Of a DNA stretch of 31,201 nucleotides, positions 8,740 to 18,628 are shown piece by piece. Origin of the DNA: an uncultured Candidatus Saccharibacteria bacterium. GTDB lineage: Bacteria > Patescibacteriota > Minisyncoccia > Phycocordibacterales > JACOZG01. The stretch is from assembly GCA_964364525.1 (NCBI GenBank), contig CAYIMH010000001.1, positions 1-31,201 of the forward strand, in the 5' to 3' direction. The translations under genes and the position numbers were made by a program. The notes below the pieces were generated by a model that was given only the letters and a program-made list of their open reading frames with translations, did no database searches and was not told where the DNA came from. Within the stretch, counting starts at the first letter, position 1. Each line of letters starts with the position of its first letter.

Positions 8740-9943
8740 GATAGATAAAACCCAAAATGGCCCCGGCCCGGGCTGACCAGGAGTATTGTTGGACGTCAAT
8801 TAAGGCCCGACGGGCCAGTTGTTTGGCGAGCTGACTATCAGCCAGCGCGCGTTTAATCCCCTGAGCCAGAGAACTGGAATCGTTAGGCTTAACTAGGACG
8901 GAGTTATGTTGGTTAAGAATCTCGCTGGTGGCGGGCAAATCGGTCGCCACAATAGTGGTCCCGCTGGCCAAATATTCAAACAGCTTGATGGGTGAGGTAT
9001 CGTAGGTGGCGAAATGAGACAGGCGACTCTCGCTAGACAAGCCGGGGTTGGGCTGAACCAGCACATCGGCCGATCGGAGATAGCCGGCAATGTCAGAGTA
9101 AGGCTTCCGCCCCAGGATCATCAGGTTGGATCCTTTAAAGCGTTGACGGAAATTTTTGCAATCTTCATCGCTGCCACCGATAAATACGCAGTCGATTTCT
9201 GGTAGTGACTCGGCCGCCAGAGCAAAAACGTGGGCCCCCTTCCAGTCGTAAAGGTGGCCAGCGTAGAGAGCAATCGGCCGGGTGGGATTCGACACCAGGC
9301 TCTGGCGGATTTTTTGTCGATCAATCGGCCGCCCATAGGCCTCGGCGTCAAAACCATTGGGGGCCACCAATATTCTGTCGTCCTTGATCTTAAAGAGCTT
9401 CCGACAACGCTCGGCCTTCCAATGATTAGTCACGGTCAAACCATCAAAACGCCTCAAGATCAAACGCCAGAACCATTGGAAACGATAAGGGAAGCCATGC
9501 ATGTCATAATAAATTTGATAGCCTAAAATTTTGAGTCCGGAGCCGACTAGGACGCTCCGGGTATAAATTACCGGCCGGCGAGAACCTAGGCTAAAATACA
9601 CCCAGATAGAAATCGCTAATAATAATTGGTCAAGCAAAAACGCAAAATAAAGCCAGCGCCAAGAAAACACCGGCCGAGAAGTAATTCCTCTCCGCCATAA
9701 CCACAAGTTAAATGATAACGTATAGTGGACAAGGTCAATCGACGGAAGGAAGGCAACAGAAAATGACTGCGCTGCTCCGTAGTACTCATAGATATTTTTC
9801 TCCGCCAGCTGACGAAGGCGTGGGGTGATAAGCCTTAGGTCTGTCTCCTGTTTGCCTAGGGCCTCGCAGGTCTTAACCATGTTAACCCCATAGGCCTTCT
9901 CGGTCGGAAGCCGAAGAGTCGAAATATAATAGATGACATTCAT
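8729..9943 (-). CDS. Glycosyltransferase family 4
   Basis: APNGFD, LYAGHLYDWKG, ADVLV, SPIKLFEYLASGTTIVATDLP. Confidence 0.92.
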   Translation of the reverse strand: MNVIYYISTLRLPTEKAYGVNMVKTCEALGKQETDLRLITPRLRQLAEKNIYEYYGAAQSFSVAFLPSIDLVHYTLSFNLWLWRRGITSRPVFSWRWLYFAFLLDQLLLAISIWVYFSLGSRRPVIYTRSVLVGSGLKILGYQIYYDMHGFPYRFQWFWRLILRRFDGLTVTNHWKAERCRKLFKIKDDRILVAPNGFDAEAYGRPIDRQKIRQSLVSNPTRPIALYAGHLYDWKGAHVFALAAESLPEIDCVFIGGSDEDCKNFRQRFKGSNLMILGRKPYSDIAGYLRSADVLVQPNPGLSSESRLSHFATYDTSPIKLFEYLASGTTIVATDLPATSEILNQHNSVLVKPNDSSSLAQGIKRALADSQLAKQLARRALIDVQQYSWSARAGAILGFIYHDH

Positions 9944-10623
9944 TGCTTTTCCTTGTGTCGGACAATTTTTTTCAGTTGGGCATGCAACCTAGCCAATGTA
10001 GGAAAGACGCTTTTGAGGCTCTTTTTCCATAAATTCTTATTTTGTTGCCGCAAAAAAGCCTGAACCGGCCCAAGATCATCGCCCACAAAACAAATAAGGG
10101 AAGCCTCGTTCGGGATAAAGACGCACGGAGCAAAAACACGGAAATGCTTTTCTGTCCACTGGGAGACATGGTTCTCGAACTCATTGCCATAGAGAGCTGT
10201 CTGGTGACCGACTCTGTTGGGGGTACTTATCAAGACATTTCGTCCTACCCGCTCCAGTTCTCTTAATAACTCCAGCCCACGATCATGATTTAGGTGTTCA
10301 ATAACATCGATCAATAAGACTAAGTCGTATTTATGAGTGATGGTCGGTAACACTGACGCAGCTTCGCCGACATAAATTTTGTTATAAATAAAATCATGGA
10401 GCGGGGTCAAGTAGCCCGCGTAGGCCTCCACGCCATCCACCCGCCGTTGCCATTGGCAATAAGCTTCCCTATTTTTTCCTTCTCCCTCCCACAAATCAAG
10501 ATACTCCCTAGCCAACACCCCATATTTACCAAAGCCCACCCCCACATCAAGAATACTCATCGGCTTAAGGAAGATCATTAGGCCAACGATTTCGTTAATT
10601 TGCTGAGAGTGACTGCCGGGCAT
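9940..10623 (-). CDS. Class I SAM-dependent methyltransferase
   Basis: ILDVGVGFGKYG, VDGVE, YDLVLLIDVIEHL. Confidence 0.88.
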   Translation of the reverse strand: MPGSHSQQINEIVGLMIFLKPMSILDVGVGFGKYGVLAREYLDLWEGEGKNREAYCQWQRRVDGVEAYAGYLTPLHDFIYNKIYVGEAASVLPTITHKYDLVLLIDVIEHLNHDRGLELLRELERVGRNVLISTPNRVGHQTALYGNEFENHVSQWTEKHFRVFAPCVFIPNEASLICFVGDDLGPVQAFLRQQNKNLWKKSLKSVFPTLARLHAQLKKIVRHKEKQ

Positions 10624-10645
10624 GAGTACCTAGATTTGGAACTCC

Positions 10646-10658
10646 ATTATGATACAAT
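10646..10658. promoter_or_regulatory. Possible overlapping divergent -10 elements (TG-n-TACAAT on +, CATAAT on -)
   Basis: The sequence attatgatacaat lies in the 58-nt gap between divergent genes, about 22-23 nt from each start codon. Confidence 0.3.
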
Positions 10659-10681
10659 AGCAGGACTAACTAGGCAACAAT

Positions 10682-11842
10682 ATGCTGGCGATCAATCTTC
10701 TCTGGGTATCCGCGCAGGACAAAACTGGTGCTTTTATTTATGTCAAGAATTTGCTCGACAATCTATTTTCGCTCGACAATACGACCACCTACCTGATTAT
10801 CGTCCGCGCCAGAGATTACCATTACTTCAACGCCACCTATAGTCAACCGCCACGAATCCAAGTGGCAATCAATGATATTCGTGTCAATATTACTCGCCAC
10901 CCGCTTCGCGCCCTGGTCAAATTCTGGTACAAGTTACGACACAATGAACGCAAGATTGAGCAGATTATTGCCGCCGAGCTAACAGAGTTGGCTCAACGGA
11001 AAAACGTAAAGAAAATGTTCTTCCCGACTCAAGTGATATATCCCCGTGGTCTGGTCGGTATCGAACATTATGTTACAGTGCTTGATTTGCAACATGAATA
11101 TCTACCAGAAAATTTCTCGGCCAAGGAGTTAGCCCATCGTCGCGATAATTTAGATTATATCTGCCAAACCGCCCATCACCTGTTCGCTATTTCTGAATAC
11201 ACCAAAAAAACGCTATTGGAAAAATACCAATTACCAGAAAATAAAATCACCGTGACGCCACTGGCCCCCCACGAAACCAACGCCAAAGCAGAATCAATTG
11301 ATTTGCCCTCGAAATACCTTTTTTACCCAGCCGCCCTTTGGTCACACAAAAATCACCGGCTGATAATAGAGGTCTTGAACAAACTCCGCCTGGCCCATCC
11401 AGATCTACATGTGGTCTTCTCCGGATTAATAAAAAAAGTGTCCATAAAAAAAGAGCTGGACGAACTAGTAAAAAAATATGACCTAGTTAATCAGGTACAC
11501 TTCTTGGGCCTAGTTTCCGACGAGGTCCTAGAATATCTCTATCGGCAAGCGACCCTAATGATATTCCCCTCTTTATTCGAGGGTTTCGGTATGCCCATCT
11601 TGGAGGCCTATCGACATAATCTACCAGTCGTTGCTGCCCGCAATTCCAGCATCACCGAAGTCGCTGGCGATGCCACCCTACTCTGCGAAACAAATAATGT
11701 GCAGGAATTCACCGAAGCAATTAAGACCCTTTTGGAAAATAACGAGTTAAGAAAATCCTTGATTCCTAAGATGCAATCTCGATTAGCTTTTTTTTCCTGG
11801 CAGAAAACAGCAAAACTAACATTGCAACAACTCACACAATAG
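10682..11842 (+). CDS. Glycosyltransferase family 4 (mannosyltransferase-like)
   Basis: TVLDLQHEYLPENF, FYPAALWSHKNH, FPSLFEGFGMPILEAY, EVAGDA. Confidence 0.92.
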   Translation: MLAINLLWVSAQDKTGAFIYVKNLLDNLFSLDNTTTYLIIVRARDYHYFNATYSQPPRIQVAINDIRVNITRHPLRALVKFWYKLRHNERKIEQIIAAELTELAQRKNVKKMFFPTQVIYPRGLVGIEHYVTVLDLQHEYLPENFSAKELAHRRDNLDYICQTAHHLFAISEYTKKTLLEKYQLPENKITVTPLAPHETNAKAESIDLPSKYLFYPAALWSHKNHRLIIEVLNKLRLAHPDLHVVFSGLIKKVSIKKELDELVKKYDLVNQVHFLGLVSDEVLEYLYRQATLMIFPSLFEGFGMPILEAYRHNLPVVAARNSSITEVAGDATLLCETNNVQEFTEAIKTLLENNELRKSLIPKMQSRLAFFSWQKTAKLTLQQLTQ

Positions 11843-11882
11843 ACGCACCGACGCCATTAAGCTAATGATACATTACGTGGGC

Positions 11883-11911
11883 TTGACTTTTACGGCCGAT
11901 CGTGCTAGGCT
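11883..11911 (+). promoter_or_regulatory. Sigma70-type promoter with extended -10 upstream of the Nudix gene
   Basis: TTGACT, 17-nt spacer ending in GTGC, then TAGGCT. AGGAG Shine-Dalgarno lies 8 nt before the ATG at 11976. Confidence 0.55.
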
Positions 11912-11975
11912 AAACTAGGAGTGAAAAGTGCCCGATGAAAATGTTCTTTAACTAATAGAAATAGGAGTAAACGCA

Positions 11976-12587
11976 ATGTCAAAACCTCGTTTTCTGGCTC
12001 AACCGCTGGGCAAATCACCGCTCGGTGCTTTCGGTCTCGACCTGTGGGTAGAAGATCTGGATTTTGAGGCCAAGCCAACACCCATGGATGATGCGGCCTA
12101 TTCCCAGGCGCTTTCCTCGATGGTCTTAGTCTGCAACGATACCCTGATCATCGACGCCAAAAGCAAAGAGCCCTTTGTTGCTCGCCGGCGGGCCAAACCC
12201 ATGCAAGATCAGTGGTGGTATATTGGCGGACGACGACGGTTCGGCGAGGTGCCTCTCCGATCTATGGCCCGGTCTTTTAAACGAGAGACCTCCTTAGATC
12301 TTCCAGAAAGACGCTTTCTGTTCTTGGCTACCTACGAATATATATTCAAGGATAGACAACAGAAGCCACAATCCGGGGGCACACACACCCTCTCCCACAC
12401 CTTCGCCGTTGAGCTCGATCCCAATGAGATCGAGGTGGCCTCCGGCGCCCTTGATCCCAAGGAGTATTATGCCGAACAGGGATTGAGACCATTGGATAGC
12501 ATCGACCCCAGACACCACGAAGTGCACCCGTTCATCTTCGATGCTTGGGAACGATACATGAGTGCTCGCAAGCGGGGATTGCTGTAA
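11976..12587 (+). CDS. Nudix hydrolase, GDP-mannose mannosyl hydrolase (Gmm/WcaH)-like
   Basis: Degenerate Nudix box GGRRRFGEVPLRSMARSFKRETSL lacks the first RE/EE glutamates, as in Gmm. Also has PFVARR..KP..QWWYIGG and a TH motif, and is adjacent to gmd-fcl. Confidence 0.7.
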   Translation: MSKPRFLAQPLGKSPLGAFGLDLWVEDLDFEAKPTPMDDAAYSQALSSMVLVCNDTLIIDAKSKEPFVARRRAKPMQDQWWYIGGRRRFGEVPLRSMARSFKRETSLDLPERRFLFLATYEYIFKDRQQKPQSGGTHTLSHTFAVELDPNEIEVASGALDPKEYYAEQGLRPLDSIDPRHHEVHPFIFDAWERYMSARKRGLL

Positions 12588-12617
12588 ACTTGAATACGGC
12601 TCAACAGCCAGGAGGTG

Positions 12618-12643
12618 AGGCCGCTCTTCGGAGCGGCCTTTTT
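12618..12643 (+). terminator. Intrinsic terminator
   Basis: Perfect 9-bp stem AGGCCGCTC-TTCG-GAGCGGCCT followed by a T-run, 30 nt after the Nudix stop. Confidence 0.85.
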
Positions 12644-12669
12644 ACTTAAATTAAAGATTGTGCTAATGT
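12641..12669 (+). promoter_or_regulatory. Probable promoter for gmd-fcl
   Basis: TTTACT, 17-nt spacer ending in TGTGC, then TAATGT, immediately after the terminator. Confidence 0.4.
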
Positions 12670-12687
12670 TGCGGAGACTTTTATTTT

Positions 12688-13734
12688 ATGAGAAAGAAAA
12701 AACGCGCGCTCATTACCGGCATTACCGGGCAAGATGGTTCTTATCTGGCAAAGTTTTTGCTTAACAAGAACTACGAGGTTTTTGGTCTAGTCAGACGCAG
12801 TAGCACCGATCCCTTTGGGCGTTTTCCCAAACTGGCAATTGATAGGAAAATTCATGTGATTTACGGAAATTTGCGTGATTCGGCCTCGATCGCTCGAGCG
12901 CTGGAAATTGCCCTGCCAAATGAGATCTACAATCTGGCCGCTCAATCAGATGTCGGCATTTCTTTTCAATGCCCAGAAGAAACGACTGAAATAAATTATT
13001 ATGGTGTCGGGCGACTAGTAAACGAGGCGATAAAAATCATCCCCAACGTTCGCATCTACCAAGCCTCTACCAGTGAGATGTTTGGTAATTCACCGCCACA
13101 ACAGAGTGAACGAACACCGTTCCAGCCAGTCAGCCCTTACGCCGAGGCCAAACATAAAGCGCATCTAGATTTTGTGGTTAATTATCGCGAGCGCTATGGC
13201 CTATTTATTTGCTCCGGGATTTTATTTAACCACGAGTCCCCGAAGCGCGGTAAGCATTTCGTTACCCGAAAGATAACCCACTCTCTGGCCAAAATAAAAC
13301 ATGGCCTACAAACTAATTTTCATCTCGGCAACCTAGAGTCCAAACGAGATTGGGGTTTCGCCGGTGATTACGTCGAAGCAATGTGGCAAATGCTCCAACA
13401 GGACAAGCCAGATGATTTTGTTGTCGCCACCGGACAGAGCTACTCGGTGCGACAATTTGTAGAAGCCGCGGCGGCGGAGGCCGGTTTGCCAATTACCTGG
13501 GAGGGTAAGGGGGTAAAAGAAGTTGGCCGTGATCCTGAAGGCAATATCATTGTTGGAATCAACCCGGAGTTTTACCGCCCACAGGAGGTAAATTATCTCT
13601 GCGGAAACGCAAACAAGGCTAGGAAAGTTTTGGGTTGGAAACCAAAACTGGACTTTGGGGGTCTGGTCTCTCTTATGGTTAAATCAGATCTTCAGAGGGT
13701 GCCCATGGAGCACAGCCTGCATTATGACCATTAA
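12688..13734 (+). CDS. gmd: GDP-mannose 4,6-dehydratase
   Basis: [70 protein letters not shown]. Confidence 0.97.
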   Translation: MRKKKRALITGITGQDGSYLAKFLLNKNYEVFGLVRRSSTDPFGRFPKLAIDRKIHVIYGNLRDSASIARALEIALPNEIYNLAAQSDVGISFQCPEETTEINYYGVGRLVNEAIKIIPNVRIYQASTSEMFGNSPPQQSERTPFQPVSPYAEAKHKAHLDFVVNYRERYGLFICSGILFNHESPKRGKHFVTRKITHSLAKIKHGLQTNFHLGNLESKRDWGFAGDYVEAMWQMLQQDKPDDFVVATGQSYSVRQFVEAAAAEAGLPITWEGKGVKEVGRDPEGNIIVGINPEFYRPQEVNYLCGNANKARKVLGWKPKLDFGGLVSLMVKSDLQRVPMEHSLHYDH

Positions 13735-14662
13735 CTTGCAACGGAAAAAAATCCTAGTGTCGGGCGGTGCCGGTTTTCTCGGCTCGCATGTTGTTGCTAA
13801 ATTACGTGATTTGGGGGTCAGAAAAAGCCAATTAACAATCCCCCGCTCAAGCACCTGCGATTTGCGAAATTGGAGCAATTGTCTGCGGGCAGTAAAGAAT
13901 CAGAACATCGTCCTACATCTTGCCGGCCATGTCGGTGGCATTGGCTTCAACAGAGAAAAGCCGGGTGAATTATTTTATGACAACCTGCTAATGGGTATCC
14001 AATTGATGGAGGCCGCTCGCCAGGAGGGTGTCGAGAAATTCGTCTGCCTAGCCACGATCTGTTCTTATCCCAAATCCACGCCCGCACCATTCCAGGAGAG
14101 CGCCCTCTGGAACGGCTATCCCGAAGAAACAAATGCCCCCTATGGCTTGGCCAAGAAGATGCTGCTGGTTCAAGCTCAAGCCTATCGTCAGCAATATGGT
14201 TTCAATGCCGTCACCCTATTCCCCGTTAACCTCTATGGCCCACGAGACAATTTTAATCCGCGAAGTTCCCATGTGATCCCTGCCCTCATCAGAAAAATAG
14301 CCGAGGCTCGATTGTCCAAAAAAAAATTTGTTGAAGTGTGGGGTACTGGGCGAGCAACGAGGGAATTTTTATACGTAGCTGATGCGGCTGAAGGAATTAT
14401 TCTGGCGCTCCAAAAATATGACAAACCGGAACCCGTAAATCTGGGTTCCGGCAAAGAAATTACGATCAATGATCTAACTAAGACAATTTGCCAGCTGATG
14501 GATTACCAAGGCAAGATTCGCTGGGACAATTCCAAACCAGACGGCCAACCCCGGCGCCAATTAGATATCACGCGCGCGGAAATCGAGTTTGGTTTTCGAG
14601 CCAAGACTGGTTTTAAAGAAGGACTAAAAAAAACGATCGACTATTATCTTAGGGGAAGTTGA
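13724..14662 (+). CDS. fcl: GDP-L-fucose synthase
   Basis: Start refined to the ATG at 13724 (11-nt overlap with gmd). [68 protein letters not shown]. Confidence 0.95.
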   Translation: MTINLQRKKILVSGGAGFLGSHVVAKLRDLGVRKSQLTIPRSSTCDLRNWSNCLRAVKNQNIVLHLAGHVGGIGFNREKPGELFYDNLLMGIQLMEAARQEGVEKFVCLATICSYPKSTPAPFQESALWNGYPEETNAPYGLAKKMLLVQAQAYRQQYGFNAVTLFPVNLYGPRDNFNPRSSHVIPALIRKIAEARLSKKKFVEVWGTGRATREFLYVADAAEGIILALQKYDKPEPVNLGSGKEITINDLTKTICQLMDYQGKIRWDNSKPDGQPRRQLDITRAEIEFGFRAKTGFKEGLKKTIDYYLRGS

Positions 14663-15735
14663 GACTCGGTAATGATTTGCAGAAAACGAGCCGCGATTAC
14701 TTGTGGAGTAAGTTGTTGATTGTAGAGGGCCAAACTATTTTTAGCAAGTCGTCCTCTGAGATCTGGGCTGTTTTTCAAATTTAGAATTTTTTCTGCCAGA
14801 TCTTTGGCGTCTGCCGCTTTGACAAATAAACAATCCTCGTTGTCTGTTAGTAATTCTCGATTACTAACAGAATCACGAGTGATGTAAGGCAAACCTAACG
14901 CTAAAGTCTCAAAAGTTTTATTTTGAATAGTTCGATCTAGACGAGGATGATCAGAAAATTGCCCCAGTGATATGTAACAAGACAACATCTGCCGTCGCAA
15001 TTCCTCTTCCGACAAAAAAGCGGTGATCAACTCGACGTTAGTGAGTCGGTCGGCTTCAATTTTTTCTTCCACCGCGTGAAGCATGGGCCCCCGGCCAATG
15101 AGCAAAAACTTGATTGGCCCGTCCTTTAATAGACGAGCCGCTTCCAAGACATATTCTACGCCAGTGGCTGGAACAAACCAGCCGCGAAAGACCGCCGTAA
15201 ATTCATTCCGTTTTTTGACTAAATGATCCGGATGAAAAATAGTGTTATCAGCACCGGTAAATAATCTAGCGAGTTTCCGTTTGGAAATCCAAAAGTGTCT
15301 CTGGAGAAATCGGCTTTGGGCTTCGCTCTCTACCAACACCAGATGAGCCAAGTGAAAAGCCATAAAGTCGATAAACCAGATTAGGTAGCGACGGAAAGAA
15401 AATATGGAGTGGCCGCGACGATCTAAAACTGCGCCTTCGTACATAGAATTAAGGGCATTGTAAACAACCCGATGTCTGGATATAAGGCGAGCCAACGGAA
15501 CCAACATATTACTGAGATAGCCAACCAGCATTACATCGTAAGAATTCTTAATTTGATGATGCTTTCTGATAAGATTGACGAATTTGGCCCAGAATCGAGG
15601 GGAAGAGTCGGTACAGTTAATAATTTTTATCCCGCGATTTTCCAACCCCTTCAATAAAACCGAGTCGCGAGCCATGACCAGCCCGGGAGTTAAGCCAAAA
15701 TAACAAAAGGTCTTGATGGGAGAGCGGAGGGCCAT
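14644..15735 (-). CDS. Glycosyltransferase family 4
   Basis: [39 protein letters not shown]. Confidence 0.88.
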   Translation of the reverse strand: MALRSPIKTFCYFGLTPGLVMARDSVLLKGLENRGIKIINCTDSSPRFWAKFVNLIRKHHQIKNSYDVMLVGYLSNMLVPLARLISRHRVVYNALNSMYEGAVLDRRGHSIFSFRRYLIWFIDFMAFHLAHLVLVESEAQSRFLQRHFWISKRKLARLFTGADNTIFHPDHLVKKRNEFTAVFRGWFVPATGVEYVLEAARLLKDGPIKFLLIGRGPMLHAVEEKIEADRLTNVELITAFLSEEELRRQMLSCYISLGQFSDHPRLDRTIQNKTFETLALGLPYITRDSVSNRELLTDNEDCLFVKAADAKDLAEKILNLKNSPDLRGRLAKNSLALYNQQLTPQVIAARFLQIITESQLPLR

Positions 15736-15745
15736 AGGAATCGAT

Positions 15746-16966
15746 TCAGATAAAATTATTTTCTCGCAACACTCGCCGGATAAAGAAACCCATGTCCGCT
15801 AGAAATTTGTTCCGAGAGAAATCCCGGAGCGCCAGGGCTTGGGTCTTGACAATCTCCGTAGCCAAAACCGCTTGGTTTTTCCCGATGGCCTTGGCGATTT
15901 CTCTCTCGAGCCCAGAAATGGACTGATCCTCCAAATAAATGCCGGCATCGGGGGGCAGATCAACGCCAGTATCACGGCTAATCAGGGGGTAGAGGCCAGC
16001 TCGCATAATAGTTACCACGGCGGTAGAGATTGACTCAGTGGCAGTGGGGGCGATAAAAGCAAAACATCTCTTAATAACCCGATTAAAGTGATCACTGCCC
16101 GGATTTAAGTAACCGTGAAAAATAATATTCGGCGTTTCGTAAAGTTCTTTATGATAAATCTTTATAAAATCGGGTTCTTGGTCCACCAGGCCAATGATAT
16201 TCAGAGTCCATTCGGGGTGGCGAGGAAAGATTTCCAGTAATAGATCAAGCCCCTTTCTGACCGCACCATTGCCGAAATACCACAAAAATTCTCTGGTGGG
16301 GGGAACAAAATCATTGGCGGTTTTAATATAAGTGAGAGGTGAAGCAGAAACAGTTACTCTGGTAATTTTATGATGAAAATCTTTAGGAAAAGTACTCTGA
16401 ACGTGCTGGTTACCGATCAACACACAGTAATCTGCCAAATTCATTAACTCGGCCTGGATATTCTCGTGAGGTTCCTGACGTTTGGGGAAATATAAAACGC
16501 CGGGACGTCGTTTAGACAGTTCCCTTATTCGGCTAATTTCTGCCGCGTTATTATAAGTTACCGCACTGATAACCGAATGCCAAATTTTTATTACCCTAGA
16601 AAAGGAGGGGGCTTGGGCGACCAAACGATACAGTTCTCCAGTACAAGCAAAAATAATATCGTAATTCTCCCGCGGCACAAAGGTCTTATTAGTATAGTGG
16701 ATACAATCCACAATGAAACCATACTTGAGAAAAAGGCGAATAATCTGATTACTTTCCCATGGTCCGGTATGATAAGCAAACATCGGATGGTCTTCAGGCA
16801 GGCCAGCCGAGCTTAAGGCATAGCTCACTAACACTCGACCCTTGACGGGCCCCGACGGCAGTAAGGTCACACACTTAAAATATTTCCTTTGAGCGGCCAG
16901 TGGAAGCCGGTGGCGATACCGATATAAGCCCGAGCGAACTATTTTTTTTAACCCTCTAACTATCAT
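15746..16966 (-). CDS. Glycosyltransferase (GT4-like, GT-B)
   Basis: FLWYFGNGAVRKGLDLLLEIF, FIAPTATESISTAVVTIMRAGLYPLIS. Confidence 0.78.
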   Translation of the reverse strand: MIVRGLKKIVRSGLYRYRHRLPLAAQRKYFKCVTLLPSGPVKGRVLVSYALSSAGLPEDHPMFAYHTGPWESNQIIRLFLKYGFIVDCIHYTNKTFVPRENYDIIFACTGELYRLVAQAPSFSRVIKIWHSVISAVTYNNAAEISRIRELSKRRPGVLYFPKRQEPHENIQAELMNLADYCVLIGNQHVQSTFPKDFHHKITRVTVSASPLTYIKTANDFVPPTREFLWYFGNGAVRKGLDLLLEIFPRHPEWTLNIIGLVDQEPDFIKIYHKELYETPNIIFHGYLNPGSDHFNRVIKRCFAFIAPTATESISTAVVTIMRAGLYPLISRDTGVDLPPDAGIYLEDQSISGLEREIAKAIGKNQAVLATEIVKTQALALRDFSRNKFLADMGFFIRRVLRENNFI

Positions 16967-17592
16967 AGTCTATTGGCTACCACAAGATAGCCAAGAGGGT
17001 AATCTTGAGACCGATATTTCCTCCCAAAGCGTTCAACTACTTTCGCGACCACTCGATCTAAAACTATGATTAACCTAGCAAATATCCAATGAAGTGGGGA
17101 GGGGGAAAAGCGATGAATCATATGGTAACCAGCGCTGAAGGCGCCATAACCCAGGACCGATACTTCTACCTTAGCAAATTTTTGCTCTGCTAGCAACTTC
17201 TTCAAGGCTTCTTCGGTAAAACGAAAATAATCGTGGGGGCTAGGATGAATGTAATAAAGAAAGGGAACAACTATAACAATAATCCCCCCATCTTTTAGTG
17301 CTCGGTGGCTCTCCTTGAGAAGGGTGGCGTAAGAATAAATATGCTCCAAAACATTAATCAATAAGACCGCGTCAAATTGCTGGTCGGACACTGGCCACGG
17401 AGTTTGTTCGATGTCCCAATTAAGGTCCGGCGCCACGTCGGGATTAAGGTTTAAAGTGGTAAACCGGTGCCGCCCGTGGAGGAGGTTCCGGTAAGCAGAG
17501 CGGGCATCGCCACCGACATCCAAAATTTCGCCGTCAATCGTCAGGGCAGTCAGAGCGCGGTGGGTTAATGTGCGGAAAAGGCTAACGGTCAT
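16963..17592 (-). CDS. Class I SAM-dependent methyltransferase
   Basis: ILDVGGD, DIEQTPWP, FDAVLLINVLEHI, HPSPHDYFRFT. Confidence 0.85.
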   Translation of the reverse strand: MTVSLFRTLTHRALTALTIDGEILDVGGDARSAYRNLLHGRHRFTTLNLNPDVAPDLNWDIEQTPWPVSDQQFDAVLLINVLEHIYSYATLLKESHRALKDGGIIVIVVPFLYYIHPSPHDYFRFTEEALKKLLAEQKFAKVEVSVLGYGAFSAGYHMIHRFSPSPLHWIFARLIIVLDRVVAKVVERFGRKYRSQDYPLGYLVVANRL

Positions 17593-18628
17593 ATAATTCT
17601 TGATTTAATTTGTCGGCCAATTTATCTAGACTTTGGGTTTTAGCAAACTCAATGTTTTGGTCAATCAGCCTAACTCTTTCTCGGTCGGACAGAAACAGGG
17701 CCAAACATAATTTATTAGCCACTTCGGCCGCGGTTCTATTGGCAATAATTAGTCGCTCATCGATTTGGCCCCTTAAATTATCGTTGCTGGCAAGGACTAG
17801 ACAGCCACAAGCCATGGCTTCGAAAATCGTCTTGTCGTACATTCCACTCGGACTCAAATTAACAAAAATTTCGTGCCGATTGTAGTTGGCCGGGGTCTGG
17901 TCATTAGGAATGCCCGGCTGGAATTTCACCTTATTGAGCATGCCATAACTTGCCACCCTTTGCTTCAGTAAATTAAAATATCGCTGGTCAACCAACGACG
18001 GGTCGCCATATAAACTGGCTCTAAATTCAATCCCTTGATCGTTTAAAATTTTTAGCGCCTCTAATAATAAATCCGGCCCCTTAACCGGCGCTATTCGAGC
18101 CAAGAATAAAATTGAATTGGGGTGTCTAGCGATATTTGGGGCGGGTTTAAAAATATTCGTATCAATCCCTACTGGCATTAAGACTGTCTGTTTATATTTA
18201 GCGGTATAAGAAAACTTGGAAGTGCAAAATACTCGGTGGCAAAAAGTAGCGGCAATATCAGTCAGCCAACTGCCAGCTTGATGATTGCGCCACAACACCA
18301 CTTTCTTACCGGTTAGTCGCCACCACCAACCAGCCAAGAGGATGTACTCCTGATTCATGTGCACAAACACTACATCATAATTTGTCCGCTCGCGCCAAAG
18401 ATATTTATAAAAGCACCAAAGATATTTAAAGCGAGACGACCCTTCTTCTTTGCCAAGCGATAAAACTTCCACATTCGCCGGCAAATTATACTTGCCTTTT
18501 TCTAAACAGATCACCGTCAACTTCTCATTATGCTTAGAAAATTCTCCGACCCAACGATGGAAAAAACCTAGGACGGGATTATCTAGATCAATAGCTTGGG
18601 TGATGATCAGTAATTTCAACTTAGCCAT
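17582..18628 (-). CDS. Glycosyltransferase family 4
   Basis: PVGIDT, LFLARIAPVKG, SGMYDKTIFEAMACG. Confidence 0.92.
   Translation of the reverse strand: MAKLKLLIITQAIDLDNPVLGFFHRWVGEFSKHNEKLTVICLEKGKYNLPANVEVLSLGKEEGSSRFKYLWCFYKYLWRERTNYDVVFVHMNQEYILLAGWWWRLTGKKVVLWRNHQAGSWLTDIAATFCHRVFCTSKFSYTAKYKQTVLMPVGIDTNIFKPAPNIARHPNSILFLARIAPVKGPDLLLEALKILNDQGIEFRASLYGDPSLVDQRYFNLLKQRVASYGMLNKVKFQPGIPNDQTPANYNRHEIFVNLSPSGMYDKTIFEAMACGCLVLASNDNLRGQIDERLIIANRTAAEVANKLCLALFLSDRERVRLIDQNIEFAKTQSLDKLADKLNQELYDR

Noticed and set aside
14318-14326. A9 tract in fcl (and A8/T8 tracts elsewhere) as phase-variation switches
   Set aside because: The genes are in frame, the tracts are short and fit Lys/Phe codons, and there is no read-level evidence.
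8729-17592. Recurring 11-nt start/stop overlaps (ATGAYC...TRA/TAG) at 8729-8739, 13724-13734 and 17582-17592
   Set aside because: A common translational-coupling geometry in compact genomes; not evidence of a specific element.
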